This document shows positions 38,899-50,877 of a DNA stretch of 64,000 nucleotides, one piece after another; the first letter of the stretch is position 1; each line of letters begins with the position of its first letter. Under the pieces are notes generated by a model. The model had not been told where the DNA came from and did no database searches. It saw only the letters and a list, made by a program, of their open reading frames with translations. The position numbers and the translations under genes were made by a program. The stretch is from Anthoceros angustus (taxonomy: Eukaryota > Plantae > Anthocerotophyta): assembly GCA_010909165.1 (NCBI GenBank), contig MU008217.1, positions 62,001 to 126,000 of the forward strand. The letters are read 5' to 3'.

Positions 38899-41800
38899 AT
38901 GGCCGCAGTATGGCAACCGGATCCGTTGTGTACTCAACAAATTGCAATCGGTGTGTGTACATATACAGGGATTCTACCAGGAGCTCCCGCTCACCTTGTC
39001 TTAGGGAGTCAAACTCTGGCAACCAAAGGCTCCAGGTGCAGCAGTCTACGGAGCCCAGCACTTACACTTCCGAGGAAGTGGGTGGGTAGGGACGGGTTTT
39101 CCACCGATGCCGCTCGTTGCCAGGGGCAGCAGCACTTGTGGCAACAATTTATTCGGGAGCCTACCATCTGGTGGGGCAACCGACGAGATAAGAAGAGCTT
39201 CCGTTCGCCTGACTTCCGGCGGAAGGGTTCCGGCGAGATCCTGTGGTCCAACAACATGTCTTACCCAGCTTGGGTTGATGAGCAGCTCATTTCCTTGGAT
39301 ATGCACATGGGCCGTGGTTCCTGTCTTTCAGAGTCCGCTTTTCCGGATAAGCCTGAACCTGGGAGGCGTGCAGAATCGGAAATGGGCGTCGTTACTGCCG
39401 TTACCGTGAGCATGTTATGCCACCAGGGAAAGCTTTCTGAGGCCGTTGGAGCCCTGGAATCTCTGGCGCAGACAGACTCTGGTGTTTCTCAGTCTCTGTT
39501 CTACACTGTGCTAAAACTGTGTATAGCTAAGAAGGATCTGGTTGTGGGGCGACGAGTTCATGATCTCACTGTCAAACTTGGGTATGAGTCGAGTGCATAC
39601 TTGGGGAACCATATCTTGCGCATGTATGCATGTGGAGGTAGGCTGCAGGACGCCATGGGTGTGTTCACCAGGGTGGGCAAACCAAACGTCTTCATGTGGT
39701 TTTCCATAATCTCTGCACATGCTAAGCACGGAAAACCTAAGGAGGCCATACAACTCTACCATGAGATGTGTAGGTCAGGAGTGAAGGTGAATGGTCACGT
39801 CTTTGTAGCTGCCCTTCAGGCTTGTGCACTTGCTGCCGACTTGGAATCTGGCAGAAAAGTGCACTGTGATGTGGTGCAGAGTGGCATTGCTAATAACTTG
39901 TTTGTTGGCAACTGCCTGGTGGACATGTATGCAAAATGTGGCCAATTGAAAGATGCACGCCAGGTTTTTGACAACATGGCCACAAAGGATGTGGTGACAT
40001 GGAATGCCCTGATAGCTGGGTATGCAAAATGTGGTGAACTGAACGATGCACGCGAGGTTTTTGACAGCATGAACATAAAGAATGTGGTGACATGGAATGC
40101 CCTGATAGCTGGGTATGCAAGATGTGGTAACATGAAGGATGCACGCCAGGTTTTTGACAGCATGCCCATAAAGGATGTGGTGACATGGACGGCGCTCATT
40201 TCTGGGTATGCCCAGCAAGGGCTCGGACCAAGAGGCGCTTGTTCTGTATGGACAAATGGAGCAGGAGGGCCTCATTTGGCTGATGTTACTTTTGCTTGCC
40301 TTCTGAAGGCCTGTGCAAGCACTGGTGCCTTACAGAAGGGCAGCAGCTGCACTCACAGATTGTTGAAAGAGGACTGCTGGATGACGTAGTGGTGGGGCAA
40401 CTGCCTGGTGGACATGTACGCAAAATGTGGTGAACTGGAAGATGCACGCCAGGTTTTTGACAGCTTTGCCGTAAAGGATGTGGTGACGTGGAATGCCCTG
40501 ATAGCTGGGTATGCAAAATGTGGTGAACTGAAAGATGCACAGGTTTTTGACAGCATGAACACAAAGAATGTGGTGACATGGAATGCCCTGATAGCTGGGT
40601 ATGCAAAATGTGGTGAACTGAAAGATGCACACGAGGTTTTTGACAGCATGAACACAAAGAATGTGGTGACATGGAATGCCTGATAGCTGGGTATGCACAG
40701 GGCTCGGACATGAGGCGCTTGTTCTGTATGGACAAATGGAGCAGGAGGGCCTCATTTGGCTGATGCTGTCACTTTTGCTTGCCTTCTGAAGGCCTGTGCA
40801 AGCACTGGTGCCTTACAGAAGGGCAGGCAGCTGCACTCACAGATTGTTGAAAGAGGACTGCTGGATGACGTAGTGGTGGGGCAACTGCCTGGTGGACATG
40901 TATGCAAAATGTGGTGAACTGGAAGATGCACGCCAGGTTTTTGACAGCATGGCCACAAAGGATGTGGTGACATGGAATGCCCTGATAGCTGGGTATGCAA
41001 AATGTGGTGAACTGAAAGATGCACAGGTTTTTGACAGCATGAACACAAAGAATGTGGTGACATGGAATGCCCTGATAGCTGGGTATGCAAAATGTGGTGA
41101 ACTGAAAGATGCACACGAGGTTTTTGACAGCATGAACACAAAGAATGTGGTGACATGGAATGCCTGATAGCTGGGTATGCACAGGGCTCGGACATGACGC
41201 GCTTGTTCTGTATGGACAAATGGAGCAGGAGGGCCTCATTCTGGCTGATGCTGTCACTTTTGGTTGCCTTCTGAAGGCCTGTGCAAACACTGGCGCCTTA
41301 CAAAAGGGCAGGCAGTTGCACTCACGGATTGTTGAAAGAGGACTGCTGGATGACGTTGTGGTGGGCACCTGCCTTGTGGACATGTATGCAAAATTTGGTG
41401 AACTGGAAGATGCACGCCAGGTGTTTGACAGCATGGCCACGAAGAATGTGGTGACATGGACCGCCCTGATATCTGGGTATGGTACGTGTGATGAAGGTCT
41501 CAAGGCACTAGCTTGTTTTGAAGAGATGTTAGTTGCCGGTGTTCAGCCTGATGATGCTACTTTTACTTGCCTTCTAGGAGCATGCAGTCATGAGGGACTG
41601 GTCCATGAGGGTCGCAAGCACTTTGATTCTATGTCTGAACAGCATGGCATCGAACCTAGTAGTGAGCATTACAACTGCATGATTGATCTTCTTGGACGTG
41701 CTGGCCATTTAGATGAGGCAGAGAAGATGCTATTGTCATGTGAGGGCCAAAGCAGTGTTGTGGGCTTGAGGTCTTTGTTGAATGCGTGCAAGATTCACGG

Positions 41801-42362
41801 GGATTTAGAGAGGGCGATGTGGTGTTTCAAAAGCATTGTAAGGTTGGACCCTCAGGATGCGCCCGCATATGTGCTCATGGCCAATGCCTATGCTGATGCA
41901 GGTAGGTGGAGTGATGTAGATAGGATTGAAACACAGAGAAGGGTAGCAGGAGCTAACAAGAAACCTGCAGTGGCGACCATTGAGGTGAATAAGGAGGTTC
42001 ACAGATTTCTGGTGGGAGAAAGGAGAAAGGATATTGCGCTTCAGGTGGAAAGCACAAATGCACGTGTGAAGCAGGAAGGAGGCCATGTACCTCACACAAA
42101 GTTGGTGTTGAAGCCAGTGTGTGAGAAGGAAAAGGAAGATGTGCTTTGTGGGCATGCTGAGAAGCTAGCTTTAGCGTTTGGTCTGTTGAACACTCCGAGT
42201 GGGACACCTCTGGTGGTAACGAAGAATCTACGCATGTGCAGTGACTGCCACAGTTCCACGGAGATTATGTCAAGGCTCGAACTGAGAGACATTGTTGTAA
42301 GGGATGGGTACCGTGTGCATCGATTCACAGCTGGTTGTTGCAGTTGTAAGGGTCGACCGTGA
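38899..42362 (+). CDS. PLS-class PPR-E-DYW:KP (GRP-type) protein with one diverged PDF motif and an internal ~484-bp tandem duplication; frameshifted
   Basis: Start MAAVWQPD (homologous to the paralog starts); WQQFIREPTIWWGNRRDKKSFRSPDFRRK; extra SS motifs; identical-length ORFs at 40408 and 40892; ORF 41160-42362 ends HAEKLA..CSDCH..CSCKGRP. Confidence 0.9.
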
Positions 42363-42832
42363 GAATAATGAAGTGTAGCCAGTGCTCACTGGTGTGAAAG
42401 TGCTTGCTGAGTGAGACATGGACATGTCCGTTCCTGTCCCAACTGAGACATGGACATGGATGGCTAACATTGACCCTGGACCTCTCGCCATCACAGAAAG
42501 AAACAGATTCGAGCGGGGCGGGGGGGACTTCAGGCGCTGCATCTGCCTCGTGTGGACTCGCTTTGGATCTGGGTGGGTCTTGGAGATCAGGGGTCAGGGC
42601 CCCAGTGCAGGGCTGGGTGTTGGGCTCAGATCTTGTGGAATCGGGGCTGTGCTTGCCGGATTCAGCTTGTAGCGGTATGAGAGCGGATTTGCAAGTTTTT
42701 TTGGCTTCTGGTTTTGTGGCTGTCGAAGCAAAGCTGCTAACCTGGAAGGCTCCGGGTCCTGAGGATTGATGCCGGTCTTGGCATCTCCAGTTCATTCCGT
42801 TAAGAGGGTGGTTCAAGGGTGGGTGGGGTACA

Positions 42833-42930
42833 CAAGGCCTGAACAGAGGGACATTGTTGTAAGGGATGGATGGGTAGCGTGCGCATTGATTCGCAGATGG
42901 TTGGTTGCGGATATGAAGGTCGACCGTGAG
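42833..42930 (+). pseudogene. Degenerate fragment of a fourth DYW:KP C-terminus
   Basis: GAACAGAGGGACATTGTTGTAAGGGATGG...GAAGGTCGACCGTGAG parallels 23031-23115 (EQRDIVVRDG...GRP*). Confidence 0.7.
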
Positions 42931-43309
42931 ACTGTTTTTTTTTATCGAAAATTGAGGATGTTTATTTATGATAAGTCCTACATACGTAAAAATCCATGAA
43001 GTTGGGCCGAACAGAGGTCTTCAGAAAGGTGTCCAGACGAAGGAGAACGTGACAGGTCAATCAGGGATGCCATATCAAGAGCTGCTCAGTCAGTGTCACC
43101 AACCATCATGCAAAGACTGAAACACGCACTCACTTCAAGGAAGTGGGGTATATGGAAGACTTCAGAGGAACGTGTTGAGGAGAATGTGACATTGGCAACT
43201 GCAACCGTTCTCCCACGCATGGTCATGCTTGACTTGGGGCTGCTAAGGTCAGCTCATGAAGAAAGAGGTTCTACCAAGTTGGACAACCGTCAATTATTCC
43301 AAGTCCTTC

Positions 43310-43540
43310 CCTATGTTTGTTGTCTTTACAAAGAGTGTGGAGACTTTATAAAGAGAACGAGATGGGAAAATCCCATCTACCCCGAGCGAAAGGGATAATT
43401 CACGACGGGGCACCAGGCTAGGCTAGGCGGCGTGCCCTGCACTAATCTATCTTATAACCCCCAACTAATCTGTCTTATAACCTGCAACCGCCCCCAGATA
43501 GGGAAGGTCTTACTTACCACTGGTGCCGCTGATGCTACAT
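43310..43540 (-). mobile_element. Inverted 3' fragment of the same CRE-like element
   Basis: GTGGAGACTTTATAAAGAGAAC..AATCCCATCTACCCGAG..CTTACTTACCACTGGTGCCGC is the reverse complement of ~34258-34450. Confidence 0.75.
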
Positions 43541-43545
43541 TGTTT

Positions 43546-45005
43546 CTAGAGTGGAAGAGGCTTAGTAAATATATCGGCAGTATCATCCTGGGTATTTATA
43601 TAAGCAACTATCACCACTCCTCTTGAAGTAATATCATGTATATAATGATGACATAGCTCAATATGCATAATGCGAGCATGATAACCAGGATTAACTACTA
43701 AAGCGATAGCCGATATATTATTACAATTGAGCAAAGTAGGTTGAGACTAGGGATGCTTAGTATCACTCAGAAATGAATGTTCTCATTCTACTTCTTTACC
43801 GACTTCAATAGCTTTATATTCAGCATCCGTTAAACTCAAGGCGAAGCTAGTTTGCTCCTTGCAACGCCAACTTTCAGAAGCCCCGGCTAACATAAACAAT
43901 AAATGGAATACTTTGCCCCGTATCATAGCAAATGCCATTTGTCGAGGTACCACTCAAGTACCTCAGGATCCTCTTCACTGCTACCCATTGTACCATGCTC
44001 GGATTCTGAAGGTATTGAGCAGCAGCGTTAACAGCATACATAATATCCGGCCTAGTCCAGTTAGCCAAATAAAGAAGACAACCCACACACGTAGCATAAG
44101 GGATAGCAAGCATATCCTCACACTCAACATCAGATTGTGGGCAGTTCGCTAAAGATAACCAAAACCAACCGTGCACAGAGTCGAAACAAGCTGAGCTAAT
44201 TGCATATTAAATTAGGTTAAATTTTTCCAAACACATTTTTGTCGATGCATAAAAATCCGACCATTAGGGCGATCACGGAGAATTTGAATTCCAAGACACC
44301 ATCGAAGAACGCCAATATCCTTCATATCAAATTCGGCCCTTAACATATCCTTGACACTGTTAATAAGGGTCATACTAGTGTCAAACATGCACACGTCATC
44401 AACATATAAGGCTAAAATTATAAGGTTAGAATGTTGTCAGCAAGATAATAAACACTACTATCAACACGACTAAAGCCGATAAATTTAAGACAACCATCAC
44501 ACTTATAATACCATATATGAGCACTTTGTGTTCAGCCATAGAGGCACTTCAGTAGCTTCCAAAATGTAAGCTCCACGTTAGCATCTTCACAGCCCTGGGG
44601 CTACTGCTTATAAATTTCCTTCTTAAGTTCTCCATTCAAGAATGCGGTGCAACCATCCATTTGATGGATATCTAAATACACCTCTGCGGCTAAGGCTAAA
44701 AGGACCCTCAAGGGGGTTTTAACGACTAGTGAAAAAGTCTCTTGATAATCTAGACCAGCTACCTGGTTATAGCCCTTCACAACAAAGCTAGCTTTATAGC
44801 GTTCAATAGTACCATCAGCATTTAATTTGGTCCTAAAGACCCACTTACAAAGGATGGGTTTATGACCAGGAGAAAGTTTGATTATATCTCATGTATGATT
44901 TTTAAGTAGAGAATTAAACTCACTCTCTATTGCGGCTTTTCACGCTGCACCATTGGGCCCATCCAATGCTTCGCGATAAGTAGCCGGTTCACCATCAATC
45001 GCCTA
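43546..45005 (-). mobile_element. Degenerate Copia RT/RNase H fragment
   Basis: EPATYREAL, CKWVFRTKLNADGTIERYKA, IHQMDG..AFLNGEL, LYVDD, FDMKDIG, TRPDIMYAV, HIELCHHYIHD, ADIFTKPL; stops and frameshifts present. Confidence 0.85.
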
Positions 45006-45304
45006 AAGAGCATGTGCATGAAGAGCCCTAGTCATGTTTGGTGTGGAATCAGCAAAATAAAAAATAGCAACATTAATAGAACCATTTGCTATATTTTCCT
45101 CAGCATAATTTGCATTATCGGGCATATTTCCAGCATTAGTGTGTTCCAAAATATCTGTATTAGCTCGAATACATGTACGGGTTCGGGCGACATTCCCGTT
45201 GAGAGGAATGGCGTGGACGCTCCATTGCCGTCTGCACCCCCGTGTCAACCCGCGCTCTATCATCAAGTAAACGCGCGCCTGCAGGACCATTTGAAGATGC
45301 TTCA

Positions 45305-47215
45305 GGTGCACGCTTCATGTTGGACGCGCGCCTAAAGCATCATTGGAATGCGCTCCTGATCCGGCCGCTCGACCACGTGAATTTGAATGCGCTCTTGATC
45401 CGGCCACTTGACCATCTGCCCCTGCTCGAACATCTGCCCGCGCTCCGTTATGAGCAGCAGTGCTCCCAGATCCAAGGCCAACAGATGGCGATCCCCGCTC
45501 ATCTAATAGCGGATTCTGCCGGGGAGGGGATCGACAGCGCGCTCTGGCCTTGGCTGTCGGCTAGGTGTGGGAGGCCTTGTGCAGCGATGCGACGCAGACC
45601 CTGTCCGTCAGGCTCAGTGCATTGGGTGGATGTGGCCGAGCCGCATCGTCCTGCTGCTCCTCCTCAGCATCTACTGGCGCATTCGCAAGGGGATGCAGGC
45701 CAAAATTGTGGTGCGCCAGATCACGGCCACTATCAGAATAGAGGTGTTTTTAGAAAGGGTTTTATAATGCCCTTTACAATGGAATTTAGGAACGTGTAGT
45801 AAACCAAATCGTTGTAGTGGATGAGACTCTAAAAGCATTGTAAAGAAGGAAATACTTGTGCCACTTTGGTTGTAAAGGGAAACCTCCATTGTAACTTAGG
45901 ATTGATGTTAGGTTTGGGTACATGCCAAGATGCCATGTAACTAAGAAGCCTTGTCAGCATGTCACGTTTGTGGATGCACGCTTCATGTTGGACGCGCCTA
46001 AAGCATCATTGAATGCGCTCGATCCGGCCGCTCGACCACGTGAATTTGAATGCGCTCTTGATCCGGCCACTTGACCATCTCGCTCGAACATCCGCCGCTG
46101 GCAGCGGTGCTCCCGAATCCAAGGCCAGCAGATGGCGATCCTCATCTAATAGCGGATTCGCCGGAGGGATCGGCAGGCGCTCGCCGGCGCCTAGGTGTGG
46201 GAGGCCTTGTGCGGCGATGCGGTGGACATCCGTCGCTCAGTGCATTAGGTGGATGTGGCCGAGCCGCATCGTCTGCTGCTCCTCCTCGGCATCTTGGGCG
46301 CGTCGCAGGGATGCAGAAAAATTAGTCGCGGATCACGGCCACTGCTCGAGAATAGAGGTGTTTTTAGAAAGGGTTTTATAATGCCCTTTACAATGGAATT
46401 TAGGGCGATGTAGTAAACCAAATCGTTGTAGTGGATGAGACTCTAAAGCATTGTAAAGAAGGAAATACTTGTGCCACTTTGGTTGTAAAGGGAAACCTCC
46501 ATTGTAACTTAGGATTGATGTTAGGTTTGGGTACATGCCAAGATGCCATGTAACTAGAAGCCTTGTCGGCATGTCACGTTTGTGGATGCACGCTTCATGT
46601 TGGACGCGCCTAAAGCATCATTGGAATGCGCTCCTGATCCGGCCGCTCGACCACGTGAATTTGAATGCGCTCTTGATCCGGCCACTTGACCATCTCGCTC
46701 GAACATCCGCCGCTGGCAGCGGTGCTCCCGAATCCAAGGCCAGCAGATGGCGATCCTCATCTAATAGCGGATTCGCCGGAGGGATCGGCAGGCGCTCGCC
46801 GGCGCCTAGGTGTGGGAGGCCTTGTGCGGCGATGCGGTGGACATCCGTCGGGGCTCAGTGCATTGGGTGGATGTGGCCGAGCCGCATCGTCCTGCTGCTC
46901 CTCCTCGGCATCTTGGGCGCGTCGCAGGGATGCAGAAAAATTAGTCGCGGATCACGGCCACTGCTCGAGAATAGAGGTGTTTTTAGAAAGGGTTTTATAA
47001 TGCCCTTTACAATGGAATTTAGGGCGATGTAGTAAACCAAATCGTTGTAGTGGATGAGACTCTAAAAGCATTGTAAAGAAGGAAATACTTGTGCCACTTT
47101 GGTTGTAAAGGGAAACCTCCATTGTAACTTAGGATTGATGTTAGGTTTGGGTACATGCCAAGATGCCATGTAACTAAGAAGCCTTGTCAGCATGTCACGT
47201 TTGTGGATGCACGCC
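45305..47215 (+). repeat. ~610-670-bp tandem repeat, 3 copies
   Basis: Units start TGCACGCTTCATGTTGGACGCG at ~45307, ~45976 and ~46587; each has a GC-rich first half and an AT-rich second half. Confidence 0.9.
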
Positions 47216-50200
47216 ACGTCAGCATGTAAGTACAAAGATTTCGGGTTACAACGGCATTTACAACAACCCATTTAAAACGGTATTTACATAACATTCAGCA
47301 ATGCGATTTGCGACGTTTATAAACACGGGTAGTACAAGGGTCATAACAGCGGGTTTTAATATAGGGGTAGCCTTGGTTATATAAACCATAGTTAGTATAA
47401 CCCCAAAGCAATTAACCAGGTTAATGTACCATAGTTAATTAATCATAACTACTATAATCAGAGTAGATAAATCAAGGTAGCCTAACTAGAGTTACTTAAC
47501 CAAGTCTCGTAGTTCATCACGTTGTAACTCGTTGCTACTATCGGCGTTGTAAATGAAGCTAGAATTACTATTTTATAAAATAAATTCAATTGATATTCAT
47601 TCAAAATAAATATAAAATATTATATATTTGTGGTAATACCACAAATATAATTAATGGTGTTTCTGGGCAGGCACTGTGCCATGAATATCAAATTCAAAGC
47701 TAACAGCAAGGAGCATCTGTAGTTTTTGGCTGCGTCCACTCTTGTTGAAGCATTCCAAGCGAAGCGGCCCTCCACACCCCAGACTCTAAACATCGGATGA
47801 TAGCGGCTCCGCAAGATTGTGCAATGCTACACAATCTATGCGGAGGATGCCCGCACATACGAAGTATTCTGCACAAAATAGCATCATCAGTGGTGGGCAG
47901 TCAAAGATAAGAAAAAAAAGATGAAAATAGAATCTGCACATACCGTCCAAACTCCCATCTGCACAAACTCTGAACGTCACGGACCAAATTTACTGTACAA
48001 ACCCTGATCGTTAGGAAAGCACAAAAGGAGACAACGAGAAACAAAGAGGATGTTGATTAGACAGGAATGAGGCAGCTCATCATTCTTGGGCAGAATGTGC
48101 ACATGTTCGGCTTTTGCTCCACCACTGGTGCCTGTATCACACAAAGCATTATTAGTGCAATTCAAGGGATTTTCAAAACCAAGAACATGGTTGAGGGTTT
48201 AGGGCATGCTCACCAACTCCACTACCATTATCCAGGTCAAGGTTTCCACATCTACTGCAAACACAGGTGGTTCCCTTGCCAATTCCACATATGTAAAGCA
48301 ACGTGTCAGCATATGGTTGACAAGGAACCCATCATCTACCACTTGCTTCTGGAGGATGGCGTCCATAACCTTCATGTCGGCAATATCCCCTGCAAGACCA
48401 GATCTCATGTACTCTCTCCACAAAACCGAGGCCTTCATCAACTTACCAGACTTGTCTTGCTGAGAACCCTCCTCGAGCACTTGGATTTTCTTACCTTTCC
48501 AGTAATCATCAAGCTTCATGTGCCACCCTCCTTTGCCAATTTGTGGGTTCCCGGTTGAACCTATCATGAAATCTCCTCCTGAAGGCCACAAGTCCCCCAT
48601 TTGCCAGATGGGAGTGTGGCTTGGGCAATAGAGCTAACTTTCTCTCCTTGGTAATCCTCATCCGCGGCTTTGTGGGACCTCGCCGGACACCTTGCGCCGC
48701 TCAGCCTCAAGCATTAAATCCTAGTACTTGGAATCCATAGATAGTCTTATTGACATATTAACTAGATTTCTTGGAGGCCAGAAACTCCCGAGCACTTCTA
48801 GCACTATTGTACTTCCATTGACGGGCAATCCTGCAAAAAAGTTGGTTAATAATTCTGGCATTGTGTCATGGACCACCTATTTCCTCCCTCACGGTTGCCT
48901 GTACTAGCATTTTTGTTGACTCGGGCTCCAACCAGAAATTGCCAATAAGAGGGTTCATAAACTTGCACATCACCCGGTGAAACCTCCTCTTCGGCCTCCT
49001 GGGCGAGGTTGACCCTGGTACTACCCATCCTGCATCAAAACAACACACTCGGTCAACACAAGGGCCATCATAAAGTGCACACAACGTTAACAAGGGTACA
49101 ACTATCAGAACTTACCAGTTAACTCATCAATATCGCTCAACAGGACCTCATAAAAAGAAAAAACATCAGCCTTGCTTCTCCGTTGATGCCTTGCAGCCGT
49201 AACCCCACCATCCACATTCCTGCCCCCCGGCCTTGAAATCAATACTTCCGTCCTCACGCATGGGTTCACAACCCTCTTCATGTACTTCGTCCTAGAGAGG
49301 GCAAGTTGGAGAGGCCGGATCTGGACAACCCGTTCCATGCTGCACCATTAAATAGGGTGCCTTGTAGTCCGTCTTCGGCCAAGCCCTGCCTCGGGGTATA
49401 GGAAACTCCTAGCCCTACCTTGACCGTGGTGACTGATGCTGAGTAGCAACACAGCTACGAGTGTTATCCAATGTTCTTATATGCACAAAACAAAGTGGGG
49501 ATACCTAGGTGCAAGGTCTGAAATTTGGGTCATAAATGACGGCAGTCCTTTAAGCTCAGTCTCCAACTTCCTGCGCTCCCCAAGCCTAGCCACAACCACA
49601 GGGGGCAGGCTCTGCCACCATAGGCCCGAACTCCGCCACCACCAAGACAGAGGTAGACGCCGCATCCTGCTTGGAATGGCGTTTTGCCTCCCGCTGCTGT
49701 GCCAGCCACTCGCTTAAAACACTCCGCTTCGTAGGTATAGAGTCGCCAACTACGACTTCCACATGAGCAGCCTCGACGTGTATGGACTCCTCTATTCCTA
49801 GCTTGCCTGCGCCACTTCTGCGTGCAAGCTCCTCAACTCAAGCTGGCCACTGCCACTATTGCTGGTAAATGAGAACTTGTGCCCACTGTGGGGTGAACTG
49901 CCTTCGCCCCGGAAATAAGGGAGGCAGTCACAAGCTTCCTTGTGATTGAGTCAAGTTCAACGCAAAACGCTAGCTATTGTGCAACAACCACTATCTTCTT
50001 TCCACCCTTCGCTTGAGCTGCCCGCTTCTGTTTTGTGGCATTTGAGAGCAAAAGTTGTTGTGGTTAGTAGGTCCTATGGAGACGCCATCATAGTCCACTC
50101 TAGCAGGCTCCGAAACCCAACACAAGCCGCTAATGAGACGGAATGACAGCGTGCCCTAGGCCTACGCATATATCGGCATGAGCAAAAACGAGATGGATGT

Positions 50201-50877
50201 AAAGCAACTTATTGTAAGAGCGATGAGCAAACGGTGATTAACAATGCGCCTAAAACCTAGAGAAGTGCTGACAAAATGGCCACCTCTTTAGGCATGCCGG
50301 AGGTGACACAAGTGCGGCCAAGTGTTAAGCAAAGCCTGTATAATGGAGTAAACGTGAGTAGATGCGCTAAGAGTCTAGACTAACAGCAACTGCCATACAA
50401 TGAAACCAAGCAGGTAGAGTCAACATGAGCAGAAATAGGGAGCATGCACAAGCCCTTCGGCCCCTAGATTCCTTTGCTTGGGCCCCGCAATTTCTCGTGC
50501 CTAAGGATCCAACATTCTGCATGCCCAACTCTCCCCCCCGCTTGATTGCAACTAGATTTCTTCGCGCTCAAAACATGCCCACTATTTGTCTCACCATTAT
50601 AACCATAGGAACAACATTATCAATAACTAAATCCGGCCCTATATACAAAAAACGGTGGAATCACAACCCCATGGTCCAATGAAATGGACACTACCCCTGG
50701 ACCAGCACCCTAAACCCTGTTGTCCAAGGAAGGGTTCAAAAACCAAGGAAATTTAGGCTACACATACTCTACTTTGTGTCTGATGCATCAGTCTCAACTT
50801 CTGGTGAGGGGGGGATTTCAGCGCATCAGGGTTGGGCGCCCGAATCTGCAAGGTTTCTTGTTGTCCGTCTGGTTCCA

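Noticed and set aside
21530-41170. Calling the PPR genes definite pseudogenes, or invoking programmed frameshifting
   Set aside because: Indels are mostly small deletions concentrated in near-identical repeats, and occur equally in retroelements. This fits long-read consensus error, so gene status cannot be decided from this sequence.
20100-42328. Long antisense ORFs over the PPR genes
   Set aside because: They are shadows of the repetitive PPR coding strand.
47620-48165. IHGTVP and HVH suggesting a TET/JBP or 2OG-Fe(II) dioxygenase
   Set aside because: No HxD motif is in register, the motifs lie in different frames or putative introns, and the call cannot be supported.
23168-50718. CCCTAAACCC-type telomere words at ~23168, ~48195 and ~50708
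   Set aside because: Isolated ~1.5-unit matches are expected by chance; there is no array.
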